DNA from: Peptococcaceae bacterium
Lineage (GTDB): Bacteria > Bacillota > UBA994
Assembly (NCBI GenBank): GCA_018334055.1
Contig: JAGXSS010000109.1
Location: 1,260-65,259 of the forward strand
Direction of reading: 5' to 3'
Length of the DNA stretch: 64,000 bases
Below, piece by piece: positions 53,622 to 62,799 of the stretch. Every line of letters begins with the position of its first letter. The first letter of the stretch is position 1. A program made the position numbers and the translations under genes. The notes under the pieces are model-generated. The model was given only the letters and a program-made list of their open reading frames with translations. It did no database searches and had not been told where the DNA came from.

Positions 53622-53635
53622 GTATCTGGGGTTAC
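53622..53635. promoter_or_regulatory. Putative HcpR-type Crp/Fnr binding site
   Basis: GTATC-tggg-GTTAC (GTAAC-N4-GTTAC with one mismatch), centred at -41.5 relative to TATAAT at 53594-53599 on the minus strand. Confidence 0.55.
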
Positions 53636-53679
53636 ACTTTTTCTTCATCTACACATATAACTTTAGAGGGGGTTCGGCT

Positions 53680-54360
53680 GTGAACAGCATGCTCTCGCAA
53701 CTTAACAAGTGTAGCCTGTTTAATCACTTGTCAGCAGGCGACGTGGAGAAGCTCTTAAAGGGTATTGCTTTTAACATTAAGAGCTACAAGCGGCACGAGG
53801 TGATTTTTTCGCCTCTACGCCCAGTTGATACATTAGGGATCATCCTGAGAGGGGCTGTTGACGCCCAGAAGCTGCTGGCGTCTGGCAAGGTGATCACTGT
53901 GAGCAGGCGGTTTCCGTACGACCTGATTGCCGATGCCTCCATATTTGCGGCAATCGATTGCTACCCTTCCACAGTATCGGCCTGCGAAAACAGCCATGTG
54001 TGGTTAATAAACAAGACGGAGCTGTTAAAGCTGTTTGCCCGCGACAACATGCTAATGCTTAAGTTTCTCGAGTCGGTTTCGAACAGGGCTTTAGCCCTTA
54101 GTAATGCCATAGAATTGTTCTCATTGCGGTCAGTTGGCGCAAAAATAGCCCATTTTCTGACAATGGAGCAAGGACGACAGAAGATTAGCACCATCACGCT
54201 GCTATTTTCCAAAAAGTCGCTGGCCGAGCAGCTGAACGTATCCAGACCGACTCTATCTAGGGAGTTAAAGAAAATGCAGCGAGGTGGGATTATCTCCTGC
54301 AACAAGCGCACTATTAGCATCCTTGACCAAAGCAAACTACTAGAACTGCGCGACCAGTGA
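53680..54360 (+). CDS. Crp/Fnr family transcriptional regulator (HcpR-like)
   Basis: cNMP-like domain, HTH LAEQLNVSRPTLSREL; divergent from the operon. Confidence 0.9.
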   Translation: MNSMLSQLNKCSLFNHLSAGDVEKLLKGIAFNIKSYKRHEVIFSPLRPVDTLGIILRGAVDAQKLLASGKVITVSRRFPYDLIADASIFAAIDCYPSTVSACENSHVWLINKTELLKLFARDNMLMLKFLESVSNRALALSNAIELFSLRSVGAKIAHFLTMEQGRQKISTITLLFSKKSLAEQLNVSRPTLSRELKKMQRGGIISCNKRTISILDQSKLLELRDQ

Positions 54361-54441
54361 ATAAACAAAAACGACCAGCTCTTGCCGGTCGCTCGTCATT
54401 TGCCGTTAGTCGGCGCATCGTCTACCTCTTGCCTCTTACAT

Positions 54442-54490
54442 TGGTGGGCCCACTAGGACTCGAACCTAGGACCAATCGGTTATGAGCCGA
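54442..54490 (-). pseudogene. 3' fragment of tRNA-Ile2/Met (CAT); probable att site
   Basis: TCGG-CTCATAA-CCGA-TTGGTC-CTAGG-TTCGAGT-CCTAG-TGGGCCC-ACCA: anticodon arm, T arm and 3' acceptor strand present; D arm absent. Confidence 0.8.
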
Positions 54491-54530
54491 AATGAGTCGA
54501 CACGGCCACCCGCAAAAAGGCCCGCTGTAT

Positions 54531-56270
54531 CTATGCGCTTTCCTGCGCACTGAGTAATTGACGAAATTCCTCGCACCGTTCCTTAAGCTCAGGATAGGTG
54601 CCCTGGTCAATGATGGAACCATTTTTAAGCACTATTATCTTATCGGCCGCCACCAAGACTTGGGGCCGGTGTGAGACTACCAAGTAGGTGCCCTGCCGCT
54701 CCGCGAATAACTGCCGCCACATCTCTTCTTCCGTCTTAATATCTAGGGCCGAGCTCAAATCATCAAACACCAAGAGTTCGGGGCTATGGACCATGGCTCT
54801 GGCGGCGGCGAGTCGCTGTACTTGACCCCCGGAAAGTTTAACCCCGCGCACCCCGACCATAGTCTTTAACCCATGGTCGAAGCGGTCTAGGTCTTGATTG
54901 AACACGGCGAGCCTGATTGCCTTGCCTAAGGCTGTGCTTTCTACCGCGTGTCCTAGTAGGAGGTTTTCTTCGATGGTGCCACTTAATAGAAGCGGTGTTT
55001 GACGAACATAGGTCGCCAAAGGTGGCGTCAAAGCCATGGCAGGGTCGGCAATCAATTTGTCGTTCCAGTAGACTTGCCCTGAGGCTGGCTGGAGCTGGCC
55101 GAGTAGCGCGCGCAAGAGGGTGGTTTTGCCGCTCCCCATGCGCCCCGTAATCACGACGAGGGTAGACGCCGCGATGTCAAAGGTAATGTTGTGGATGCCT
55201 GTACTGGAATTCGGGTGCAAGTAGGTCAAATCGCGCACCGACAGCTGCTCTAATTTTTCCCTTGATGCCATTTTTTGCTCTTTAGCTTTTGCAAACCAAT
55301 ACTTGGACTCGGTCAACTCCTTAATTGTGCCGCCAAGCAGGTTCTGCAGGCGGGTGACCGCCACCACACCCTGCTGAATGTACGCCACAAAGTAGCCGTA
55401 AAATTCCGCAATGCCGGTGACATAGTCAAGGTAGGCCACAAAGAGCGCGAAATCCCCAACGGTGAAGCCACCAAGACGCATTTCGTGACCGGCAGCCAAT
55501 AAGATGGCGGCGATACCGATGCTGATAGTGCAGTGCGACGAAAAATCTAGCAGGTGGTTGTACTTTCGCTCGCGCAAAGCGTAGGAGGCGCGAGTCTGAT
55601 TGAGCTTTTTGAGGTGCCGAGCCACTGGTTCCTCGGCCTGAGCCATTTGCACGGCTTGCACTGCGGTAAATGTTTCGCCGATGACCCCAGTCACAGCAGA
55701 GGCGGCATCACGACTCGCGGCGCGGTATTTTTCTAACCGCAAAGAAGCCAAGTTGAAGATGACCCCAATCACCAATAGTGGCAGGAAGACAATGGCAGTA
55801 ACGCGGGCGTTAATGCCCAGCATGATGATGATGGCCCCTATGCCAAACATCAACTCGCCAAAGAAGTCGGCAACCCAACTGACGGTGTCCTCAAGGTGCT
55901 CGGTGTCATCGCGCACACTGTCCAGCGCTTCCCCCGGTGGCACCGCGATGGCCGCACTACCCGGGCGCTTAAAGACGCTTCGCATGACATTGTAGCGCAA
56001 GAGAGCGCTCACATGATAACGATGCACGGCGTCGATTACCGACCCGGCCAAGATAAAACCGATGCGAATAATGGCGTAACCACTCATGGCGGCCACAAAG
56101 TACCAAACAGGCTCCGCACCCGGGTCTTCGACCAAGGCGTCAAGCACCTGCCTAAGCAGTAGTGGCGGCACTAGTGGTATGGCATGAATGACCGTCCACA
56201 GGAAGACGTCGAGGGCGTATAGCCAGGGCCGGGCAACAATCAGCGCCCAAATGGTACGCAGGGCTTTCAT
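54531..56270 (-). CDS. ABC exporter ATP-binding/permease subunit
   Basis: TMD plus NBD (GRMGSGKT, LSGGQVQR, FDD). Confidence 0.9.
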   Translation of the reverse strand: MKALRTIWALIVARPWLYALDVFLWTVIHAIPLVPPLLLRQVLDALVEDPGAEPVWYFVAAMSGYAIIRIGFILAGSVIDAVHRYHVSALLRYNVMRSVFKRPGSAAIAVPPGEALDSVRDDTEHLEDTVSWVADFFGELMFGIGAIIIMLGINARVTAIVFLPLLVIGVIFNLASLRLEKYRAASRDAASAVTGVIGETFTAVQAVQMAQAEEPVARHLKKLNQTRASYALRERKYNHLLDFSSHCTISIGIAAILLAAGHEMRLGGFTVGDFALFVAYLDYVTGIAEFYGYFVAYIQQGVVAVTRLQNLLGGTIKELTESKYWFAKAKEQKMASREKLEQLSVRDLTYLHPNSSTGIHNITFDIAASTLVVITGRMGSGKTTLLRALLGQLQPASGQVYWNDKLIADPAMALTPPLATYVRQTPLLLSGTIEENLLLGHAVESTALGKAIRLAVFNQDLDRFDHGLKTMVGVRGVKLSGGQVQRLAAARAMVHSPELLVFDDLSSALDIKTEEEMWRQLFAERQGTYLVVSHRPQVLVAADKIIVLKNGSIIDQGTYPELKERCEEFRQLLSAQESA

Positions 56271-58003
56271 GCCAAGACCTCCTCTACTCCCAGACGGCGC
56301 AGACCGGCATAGCGCGATGTACTGCTATTTAAGAGCTCTTGCTGCCGGCCGTACTCGACCACCTTGCCCTCGTCAAGAAGCAAGATATGGTCAACGCGGT
56401 CAAGAGTAGTTAGGCGATGCGCAATGATTATCCCCGTGCGCCCGGCCAGCAATTTTTCGAGCGCAGTATCAATGCGCTTTTCCGAAATGGGGTCGATCTT
56501 AGCGCTGGCCTCGTCCAAGACTACGAGGGAAGGGTTACGCAAAAAAGCTCTTGCCAGCGCCAAGAGCTGCGCCTCACCCGCCGAGAGACCACTACCCCCA
56601 TGCGACATCATCGTTCCAAGACCATCGGGCAGGGCGGCAAACCATTCACCTAGCCCTAAATCATAAAGTACACCAATCAGCTCGGCATCATTAGTAGAGG
56701 TGCCAAAAAAGGTGAGGTTGTCGCGCACCGTGGCATGAAATATCTGCACTTCTTGGCCGACGAAGCTGACGCGTTCGCGAATAGTGGCCTGCGTGGCTGC
56801 GGTCGTCGGCACGCCACTTAGCGCGAGTACCCCAAAACTTGGGTCATACTGTCTGGCCACCAAGCGCGCCAATGTTGTCTTGCCGCTACCCGTCCGCCCA
56901 ATGATGCCGAGCACTTCCCCCGCCGGCAAAGCAAACGAAACCCCGTCGAGCACAGCACCGCCGTCTTCATACTTAAAGCCTAGTCCCTCGGCCACCACCC
57001 TTATGGGCCCTTCGGGAATATGATGCCCCGTGCTCTGTTGTGAAATTGCCTTCGTGTTAAATAGTTCCGTCACGCGCCGCAGCGATGCTGCGGCACGCTG
57101 CAGTTCCTGCAGCTGCATGCGGATTTGCTCAATGGGGACCTGCAAAAGTTCGGCATAATGCACAATCAAGAACACTGTCCCCAAGGTGATAAGGCCGCGC
57201 TGCCAGAGCATGGCCGCCAACCCGACCGCCAGAGAAATATTAACTACATGGGCAAGGATAGCCGAAGACCACAGTGTATTGTAAGAAACAAAGGTACGAA
57301 TGCGGTGCGGCAGCCATTTCTGAAACTCCGCGCGTAACTTCTCCAGCATGTAGCTTTGAGCGCCCAGGCCTTGCATATCTTCCGTAACCGCCAACTGCTC
57401 GCCCAAAAAACCATACACCTGCGCTGACGCCTTGCGCTCCGCCACCTGGTATGGGGTGACGAGGCGGCGCAGATAACTTAGCGCCCCGATGCTAAGCACT
57501 GAATAGGCCGCATAACTTGCGCCAACCCACATATGCTCTCGCCAGAGTAGCACTATTGACCCGAGTAAGAACAAGACATTGATGACAATGTGCCGCGTAA
57601 AGTTCGCAAAGAAATTAGCGAGCCGGGTGACATCCACATCCACGCGCTCAATGAGCTCGCCGGGGCGCGTACCCTTGTGAAAGGCCTGATCAAGCCTCAG
57701 CACATGCTTAGTAACATCATCGCGCAGTTCATTCGTTGCTTCCCAGCCGAGAACATCGCTCATGTAGCGCGTCATGGTTCCAAACACATGCCCAAGCACT
57801 GACACCACTGCCAAGAGCAAGGCCCCAAGCTGGAGCACAGCCATGCCCTCTCCGGAAATGGCTTCATCTAAAATATGCCGCAAAATGAGCGGCCGCACTA
57901 ATTGCATCGCTAAGGCAAGAAGCATCAAGGAGCCCACAAGAAGCAAACGCCCCTTGCGGGGCATGAGATATTTTTTTAGCACCGCTAGTATAGAAAACGA
58001 CAT
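56267..58003 (-). CDS. ABC exporter ATP-binding/permease subunit
   Basis: TMD plus NBD (GRTGSGKT, LSAGEAQ, LDEA); overlaps partner gene. Confidence 0.9.
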   Translation of the reverse strand: MSFSILAVLKKYLMPRKGRLLLVGSLMLLALAMQLVRPLILRHILDEAISGEGMAVLQLGALLLAVVSVLGHVFGTMTRYMSDVLGWEATNELRDDVTKHVLRLDQAFHKGTRPGELIERVDVDVTRLANFFANFTRHIVINVLFLLGSIVLLWREHMWVGASYAAYSVLSIGALSYLRRLVTPYQVAERKASAQVYGFLGEQLAVTEDMQGLGAQSYMLEKLRAEFQKWLPHRIRTFVSYNTLWSSAILAHVVNISLAVGLAAMLWQRGLITLGTVFLIVHYAELLQVPIEQIRMQLQELQRAAASLRRVTELFNTKAISQQSTGHHIPEGPIRVVAEGLGFKYEDGGAVLDGVSFALPAGEVLGIIGRTGSGKTTLARLVARQYDPSFGVLALSGVPTTAATQATIRERVSFVGQEVQIFHATVRDNLTFFGTSTNDAELIGVLYDLGLGEWFAALPDGLGTMMSHGGSGLSAGEAQLLALARAFLRNPSLVVLDEASAKIDPISEKRIDTALEKLLAGRTGIIIAHRLTTLDRVDHILLLDEGKVVEYGRQQELLNSSTSRYAGLRRLGVEEVLA

Positions 58004-58123
58004 CGCTATCTCCTCCAGGCTACATTATAGCCCATAGACCAAATTCTGCCTAGGACAGTGCTAGCCCTAGGTTTAGTGCAGGTACGAAAATTGTCGGTTT
58101 TTTCTCCTGATTCGCGCCTTAGA

Positions 58124-58156
58124 GCGACAAATTGTGAAGTAAAAGCTATTTATACT
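58124..58156 (+). promoter_or_regulatory. Putative Spo0A-activated sigmaA promoter of spoIIE
   Basis: GCGACA-21 nt-TATACT; over-long spacer and degenerate 0A boxes (TGTCGG at 58092, reverse TGTCGC at 58124) resemble spoIIE/spoIIG promoters. Confidence 0.45.
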
Positions 58157-58188
58157 GCTATTACTGACTTTGTACAGGGGGTGGATTC

Positions 58189-60594
58189 TTGCAGACTAAA
58201 GCGATGAGTGCTGTTTTTACGGCTAATATTCCGTTAAGAAACCGCCGCAAAATTTTATTGTCCCATGCGGTGCGCCTAGCCCCACTGTTTGTGGCGGGAG
58301 TGCTATTGGGACGAGCTACGCTCTTTGATGAGGTGTCGCCATTTGCGCTGGCATTCTTCAGTGCTGTGCGCATCGCGGTCCCTGGCCTAGAATGGGCTAC
58401 GGCCTTAGCCTTGAGCCTTGGGATGTTTTGGCGAGGCGGCCTGCTGCCAATGTCTAGCCTGCTCGGGATGTTCTTGGTCTACCTGGTTCTCCAAAAATTA
58501 CTCGTGCCGAACTCCTGGGAGCGCTTATGGCGAGCTGGCCTGGCCGGGCTAGCTGTAGTTATCGTGAGATTACCCCTGCTCTGGTGGCAAACGCCTGTCC
58601 TCTACGACATCATCTCCACTCTACTGGAAGTGGCACTGACGGTGGCCACAAGCTTAATTTTTATTAACGCCGTATCAGTTATGGGTTCCTTTAGCACTGA
58701 ACGGCGGTTCAAGCCAGAAGAAATAATGTCGGTTGCTATCACCGGAGCATTAATTATCACTGGGTTATCCGGCCTGAGCCTACTCGGCTTTACTTTGCAG
58801 GGGATAGCGCTTAAATATCTCATCATGCTCGCCGGCCTTATCGGCGGAACTGCCTGGGGGGCAGCTGTTGGAGTGTTGGCTTCCTTTCTATTGTACCTAG
58901 GGCATCCGCTGGCGCAGAGCTACGTAGGAACTTATGCTTTTGCCGGGCTAGTAGGCGGGGCACTGCGTGATTGGAAAAAACCAGGGGTCATCATGGGTTT
59001 TCTGGCGGCGACCGCGCTCACCGCAGTAAATTTTGGCGGCAGAGACTACCTTGCCGACAGGCTACTGGAATCTTTAGCAGCAAGCATGCTCCTGCTACTC
59101 ACATCATCGCAGGTGCGCTCGCACATTTATCGCTTGCTGCCGATGGCCTTGCGCGAAGAGGCACCCATAAAAACTGGATACGCCACTCGCCTGCAGGTTC
59201 TAGCTGGGCGAAGGTTGGATGAACTGAGCGAAGTTTTTCGGGAACTAGCCGAAACTTTTTGCCCGACAGCTCAATGTGAAGATGCTTTTGACCAGCAGAC
59301 GCACAAACTTATGGAGCGGCTGGCCAACGATGTATGTGAAGATTGCCCGCAACACAAAGACTGCTGGGGGAAGGATTTTTACAAAACATACCAGGGAATT
59401 CTAGACATGCTGGCCCTGTCCGACCTCCATGGCCCTTTGACCATGGGCATAGTGCCCGAAACGGTCCGGCGACGATGTCAACGCTTCAAAGACCTGCTCA
59501 AGAGCTTGAACTCGCTCTGCGAATTGCACCGACAAACCCTTTATTGGCGAAAGAGAGCCGTCGAATCACGCCAACTCGTAGCCAAGCAACTGCATGGTGT
59601 CGCTAAAGTTATGACCTCGCTGGTGAATGATTTTAACCTAGAAGTGGAGTATCTCTCCGAGACTGAAGAAAAAATTAAAAAAGAACTCGCTGAGCAGGGT
59701 GTCTTTTCGCCCCTAGTCGAGGTAGTCAAGGTCGAAAACGGCCGCATCGAAGCCAGGATAACCAAGCATACCTGCACCCAGGAGCAAAATCACTGCGCGA
59801 CGCTACTCATTCCACTTGTGACCGAAATACTGGGTAGGCAAGTGTTACGCGAAAATCGCCGCTGCGCCAGCCTCACCGGCAAGTCCAAGTGTACGACCTT
59901 TTTTTCCACCGTGAGGGTCCTGACCACTGATGTCGGTGTGGCGCAAGTAGCGCGCACCCAAGGAGTCTCCGGAGATAGCTTTCGCGTAGCTGAACTTGTG
60001 GGTGGCAAGCTCGCGCTCATGATCAGCGATGGCATGGGAGACGGCCCCCTCGCTCGCCAAGAAAGTCGCACAGCGGTAACGCTGCTCGAACAGATGCTGC
60101 GTGCGGGGTTCGACAAGGATGTGACCGTGCACACCATCAACGCCGTGCTGGCGTTGCGCTCCCAAGGAGAAGCCTTTGCCACAGTAGATATGGCCCTCCT
60201 CGACCTATACACCGGTCAAGCAGAGCTCATGAAAATTGGCGCAAGTGCTTCGTACCATAGGCGCGGCGACAAGGTAGAGGTCATCCGAGCGACCACTTTG
60301 CCTGCAGGAATCCTAGCTAACATTGAGGTCGAGACCCAGAAACTCTCGCTAACCTCGGGTGATATTCTCGTCATGCTCTCCGACGGCGTGCTAGAGGGGC
60401 AAGATGGTATCGCGGATAAGGAAGAATGGCTGGGGCGAATGTTGCGTCAAGCCACCGCCGAAAAAGCCAAGGATCTGGCGGAATATATATTAAACCGCGC
60501 CAGGAACAACTCCGGCGGCGTGGTTACGGACGACATGACCGTTTTGGTACTAAAAGTCCTCGACAAAGCAATCAGCATCCCTCTGGTGGGATGA
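58189..60594 (+). CDS. spoIIE: Stage II sporulation protein E (PP2C phosphatase)
   Basis: Multi-TM N-terminus, C..C.....CW, SGD, ISDGMG, SDG, DDMT. Confidence 0.95.
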   Translation: MQTKAMSAVFTANIPLRNRRKILLSHAVRLAPLFVAGVLLGRATLFDEVSPFALAFFSAVRIAVPGLEWATALALSLGMFWRGGLLPMSSLLGMFLVYLVLQKLLVPNSWERLWRAGLAGLAVVIVRLPLLWWQTPVLYDIISTLLEVALTVATSLIFINAVSVMGSFSTERRFKPEEIMSVAITGALIITGLSGLSLLGFTLQGIALKYLIMLAGLIGGTAWGAAVGVLASFLLYLGHPLAQSYVGTYAFAGLVGGALRDWKKPGVIMGFLAATALTAVNFGGRDYLADRLLESLAASMLLLLTSSQVRSHIYRLLPMALREEAPIKTGYATRLQVLAGRRLDELSEVFRELAETFCPTAQCEDAFDQQTHKLMERLANDVCEDCPQHKDCWGKDFYKTYQGILDMLALSDLHGPLTMGIVPETVRRRCQRFKDLLKSLNSLCELHRQTLYWRKRAVESRQLVAKQLHGVAKVMTSLVNDFNLEVEYLSETEEKIKKELAEQGVFSPLVEVVKVENGRIEARITKHTCTQEQNHCATLLIPLVTEILGRQVLRENRRCASLTGKSKCTTFFSTVRVLTTDVGVAQVARTQGVSGDSFRVAELVGGKLALMISDGMGDGPLARQESRTAVTLLEQMLRAGFDKDVTVHTINAVLALRSQGEAFATVDMALLDLYTGQAELMKIGASASYHRRGDKVEVIRATTLPAGILANIEVETQKLSLTSGDILVMLSDGVLEGQDGIADKEEWLGRMLRQATAEKAKDLAEYILNRARNNSGGVVTDDMTVLVLKVLDKAISIPLVG

Positions 60595-60642
60595 GTCCGT
60601 AGCCTGCGCCACTTTTTGTACTTTCCCCATAACTAAAAACCG

Positions 60643-60691
60643 TCCTCCCTCATCCGCGAATCTCCTCTGGAGATAGCGAGGGAGGATTTTT
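60643..60691. terminator. Terminator between convergent spoIIE and AlkD-like genes
   Basis: tcctccctc / gagggagga stem with T tail. Confidence 0.6.
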
Positions 60692-60708
60692 CCTGTGGTC
60701 ACCAAGAC

Positions 60709-61422
60709 CTAGCATCTGACGTTTTTCCGTTTGAAGCCTAGCCGCCCTTTGTCCGCCGCCTTTTGGATTTCATCAGCCGCCACGGGGACGCTTAACTTGG
60801 TCTTACCGTTGTACACATCCACCGCGCCGATGCTCTGGGCGGCGGCGGCGGCTCTCTCGTGCAAGGGAAGATAGGAAACCCCCAGGGTGTAGACAAAGTT
60901 GTTCATGGCGTACTTGGCTCGGTCTGGGCTGCCGTGGATCGTTTTCTCCACCGTCTCGAGCATGGTCTGTAACCTGTTTTTGTCAAACTCCTTATCCTTG
61001 CGGTTGCCCAGCAACCAACAGTAGCAGCTGTATCCGGCAGAAACATAAAGTTCTCGGCCCGAGGCAATCCATCTGTCAGCGGTAGTCTTAGCGAAATCCG
61101 TTTCCGCAAGGGTTACCGCAACGATAAAATCTGAAATCATGAAAAAGTATGCGCTTTCCATCCACCTGTCAAAGTCAGCATCTGTCATGATTTTTGGGTC
61201 AGCAATCATGCCGGCAAGGTACATGGCATCAAAATTTCCTGTAGCGTAAAGTTCCTCCGCCAGAGGCTGATTAATCTTTATTTTTTTAACTAGTGGCTTC
61301 ATCGCCCCGGTGGCAACTCCAAAAAGGGGCTCGCGTGCCCCCTGTCGTAGATACACTTTCTTGGTGCGCTCCGAACTCAAGAGGCTCAGTTCCTGTAAGA
61401 CCGTTTGAACGTCCACGTCCAT
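60709..61422 (-). CDS. DNA alkylation repair (AlkD-like HEAT-repeat) protein
   Basis: FGVATG..K, LYATGNFDAMYLAG, MNNF, KRKNVRC; RBS GGGAGG before ATG 61422. Confidence 0.85.
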   Translation of the reverse strand: MDVDVQTVLQELSLLSSERTKKVYLRQGAREPLFGVATGAMKPLVKKIKINQPLAEELYATGNFDAMYLAGMIADPKIMTDADFDRWMESAYFFMISDFIVAVTLAETDFAKTTADRWIASGRELYVSAGYSCYCWLLGNRKDKEFDKNRLQTMLETVEKTIHGSPDRAKYAMNNFVYTLGVSYLPLHERAAAAAQSIGAVDVYNGKTKLSVPVAADEIQKAADKGRLGFKRKNVRC

Positions 61423-61633
61423 CCTCCCTAAATCTGTAACTGTTTCACGGCTGTTGGGCAATTCCGCAGAATTCTTTATCTGCTTATCAAGGGTCCCATT
61501 ATTTTCTTCGGCCTAAAGGTGCTGCAGCCGAGTGAGGCTCTGGCGTTGACAGGCGGTAGCGGCAACGCCAAACAAGCAGAACTCGCTGAAAGCACTGACG
61601 GTGATGAGTGTGTAAAGCAAATTCTCTTTTCCT

Positions 61634-62254
61634 TCAAGGGTTAATCCAAGAAGTCTCCGTCGCCCTGCCCATTTCCATAGAGCCCCTAAACGGAGAGACG
61701 ACAAGATCCCCCATTGTCTCCCACAGTCTGAGGCCAGCGTTTCTGGCCTCCTGTTGAAATGCACCAAATATTGCCGCGTATTTATCGTTCGGAGCGATTA
61801 TTAGCATCCGCGCATAGCCTTCGAGCAATAGCCTGGAGTTGAACATTTTTCCCCTAATTGCGGCCTCGTCAATCACCGTTGGTCTTTTCAGCCACACATA
61901 GGCCAAGAGCCTACCATAGCGGTCACGCTCCCTTGCGCCAATCTCAAGCCATACTGTTCTCTGGTATAAATTCTCGCGCGTGAACGCCCCAGCTTCTCTG
62001 CCAAATGGCTCCGGCCATCGCCCTACCTCTGGGGTGTCCACCCCAATCAGGCGGATACTTTCCTCAACTTGGTTAATAGTTGCCCAAACGGTGTCGCCGT
62101 CTACTACCGCGGTGATGCGCACTTGTATCATGTTGGGAATATCGCTGGCTGTTTCTACTTTAGCGGGAAAAAGCAATAGCGGCAGGATTAAGGCAAACAA
62201 GAGCAAAGCTTGCGTCAATAAAACAAAACCGGTTTTAACAGTCCAAGTTTTCAT
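61634..62254 (-). CDS. Thermonuclease (SNase) family protein, exported
   Basis: VDGDT, IRLIGVDTPE, DRYGRLLAYV, AR....LW. Confidence 0.9.
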   Translation of the reverse strand: MKTWTVKTGFVLLTQALLLFALILPLLLFPAKVETASDIPNMIQVRITAVVDGDTVWATINQVEESIRLIGVDTPEVGRWPEPFGREAGAFTRENLYQRTVWLEIGARERDRYGRLLAYVWLKRPTVIDEAAIRGKMFNSRLLLEGYARMLIIAPNDKYAAIFGAFQQEARNAGLRLWETMGDLVVSPFRGSMEMGRATETSWINP

Positions 62255-62411
62255 CGCTACTACCTCCTTGTAAAATTTATCCCACACATGAAGTTTGCAG
62301 TCATTTCTACCTCTGTAAGGGTGCCACTAATTATATCCATAGCGGCGATGACAATCAATCACGGCACATGAACTAGCTAACTTCCTTTTAACTAACCATG
62401 CTAACGAAGCA

Positions 62412-62453
62412 GTAAAGCGGGACGTCTCAGCTTATTGAGACATCTCGCTTTAC
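62412..62453. terminator. Hairpin ending the selenoprotein transcript
   Basis: gtaaagcgggacgtctca / tgagacatctcgctttac inverted repeat. Confidence 0.6.
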
Positions 62454-62469
62454 ATAAGCTATCAGCTCG

Positions 62470-62754
62470 CTAACGCCCGGCAATATCAGCCTGAATGGCC
62501 TCAAATACTGACTCTGCACCGTCTGGAGTTACGACATAAGTCATCAAGTCTGTGTGGATGACCAAGTGTTGCGGCTCCGTAATTCTGATATATGCGCGAA
62601 AATCGCCGCCCACTTCTTCTGAGTTAAAGGCGCCAATCCGAACCACGCTGTTGCCAAGTCCGTTAGTTTTGCGCATGCTGGGTAAGGTGTCTAGCAGTTC
62701 GACGGCAATCATATCACTGTATCGTATGGAGAAGTCCTGTTTCATTATTAGCAT
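62470..62754 (-). CDS. Bacterial PH-domain protein, probably 5'-truncated
   Basis: I...D...VEL...LP...TNG.G pattern; no RBS or N-terminal membrane part. Confidence 0.45.
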   Translation of the reverse strand: MLIMKQDFSIRYSDMIAVELLDTLPSMRKTNGLGNSVVRIGAFNSEEVGGDFRAYIRITEPQHLVIHTDLMTYVVTPDGAESVFEAIQADIAGR

Positions 62755-62799
62755 CGTTCCATCGTGCTTTATCCTGAGGGACTCAGCCTGGGGTGCGTT

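Noticed and set aside
54442-54523. Possible intact tRNA using upstream GGGCCTT as the 5' acceptor strand
   Set aside because: The intervening 25 nt are too long and form no D stem, and there are T-T mismatches; treated as a fragment
61511-61605. attC-like appearance (GCCTAA...TGCAGCCGA) of the hairpin
   Set aside because: Lacks intact RYYYAAC/GTTRRRY ends and there is no integron integrase in the window
54358-61636. Other TGA stops (Crp regulator, spoIIE, thermonuclease) as selenocysteine candidates
   Set aside because: They fall at natural C-termini with no redox motif or family-like continuation
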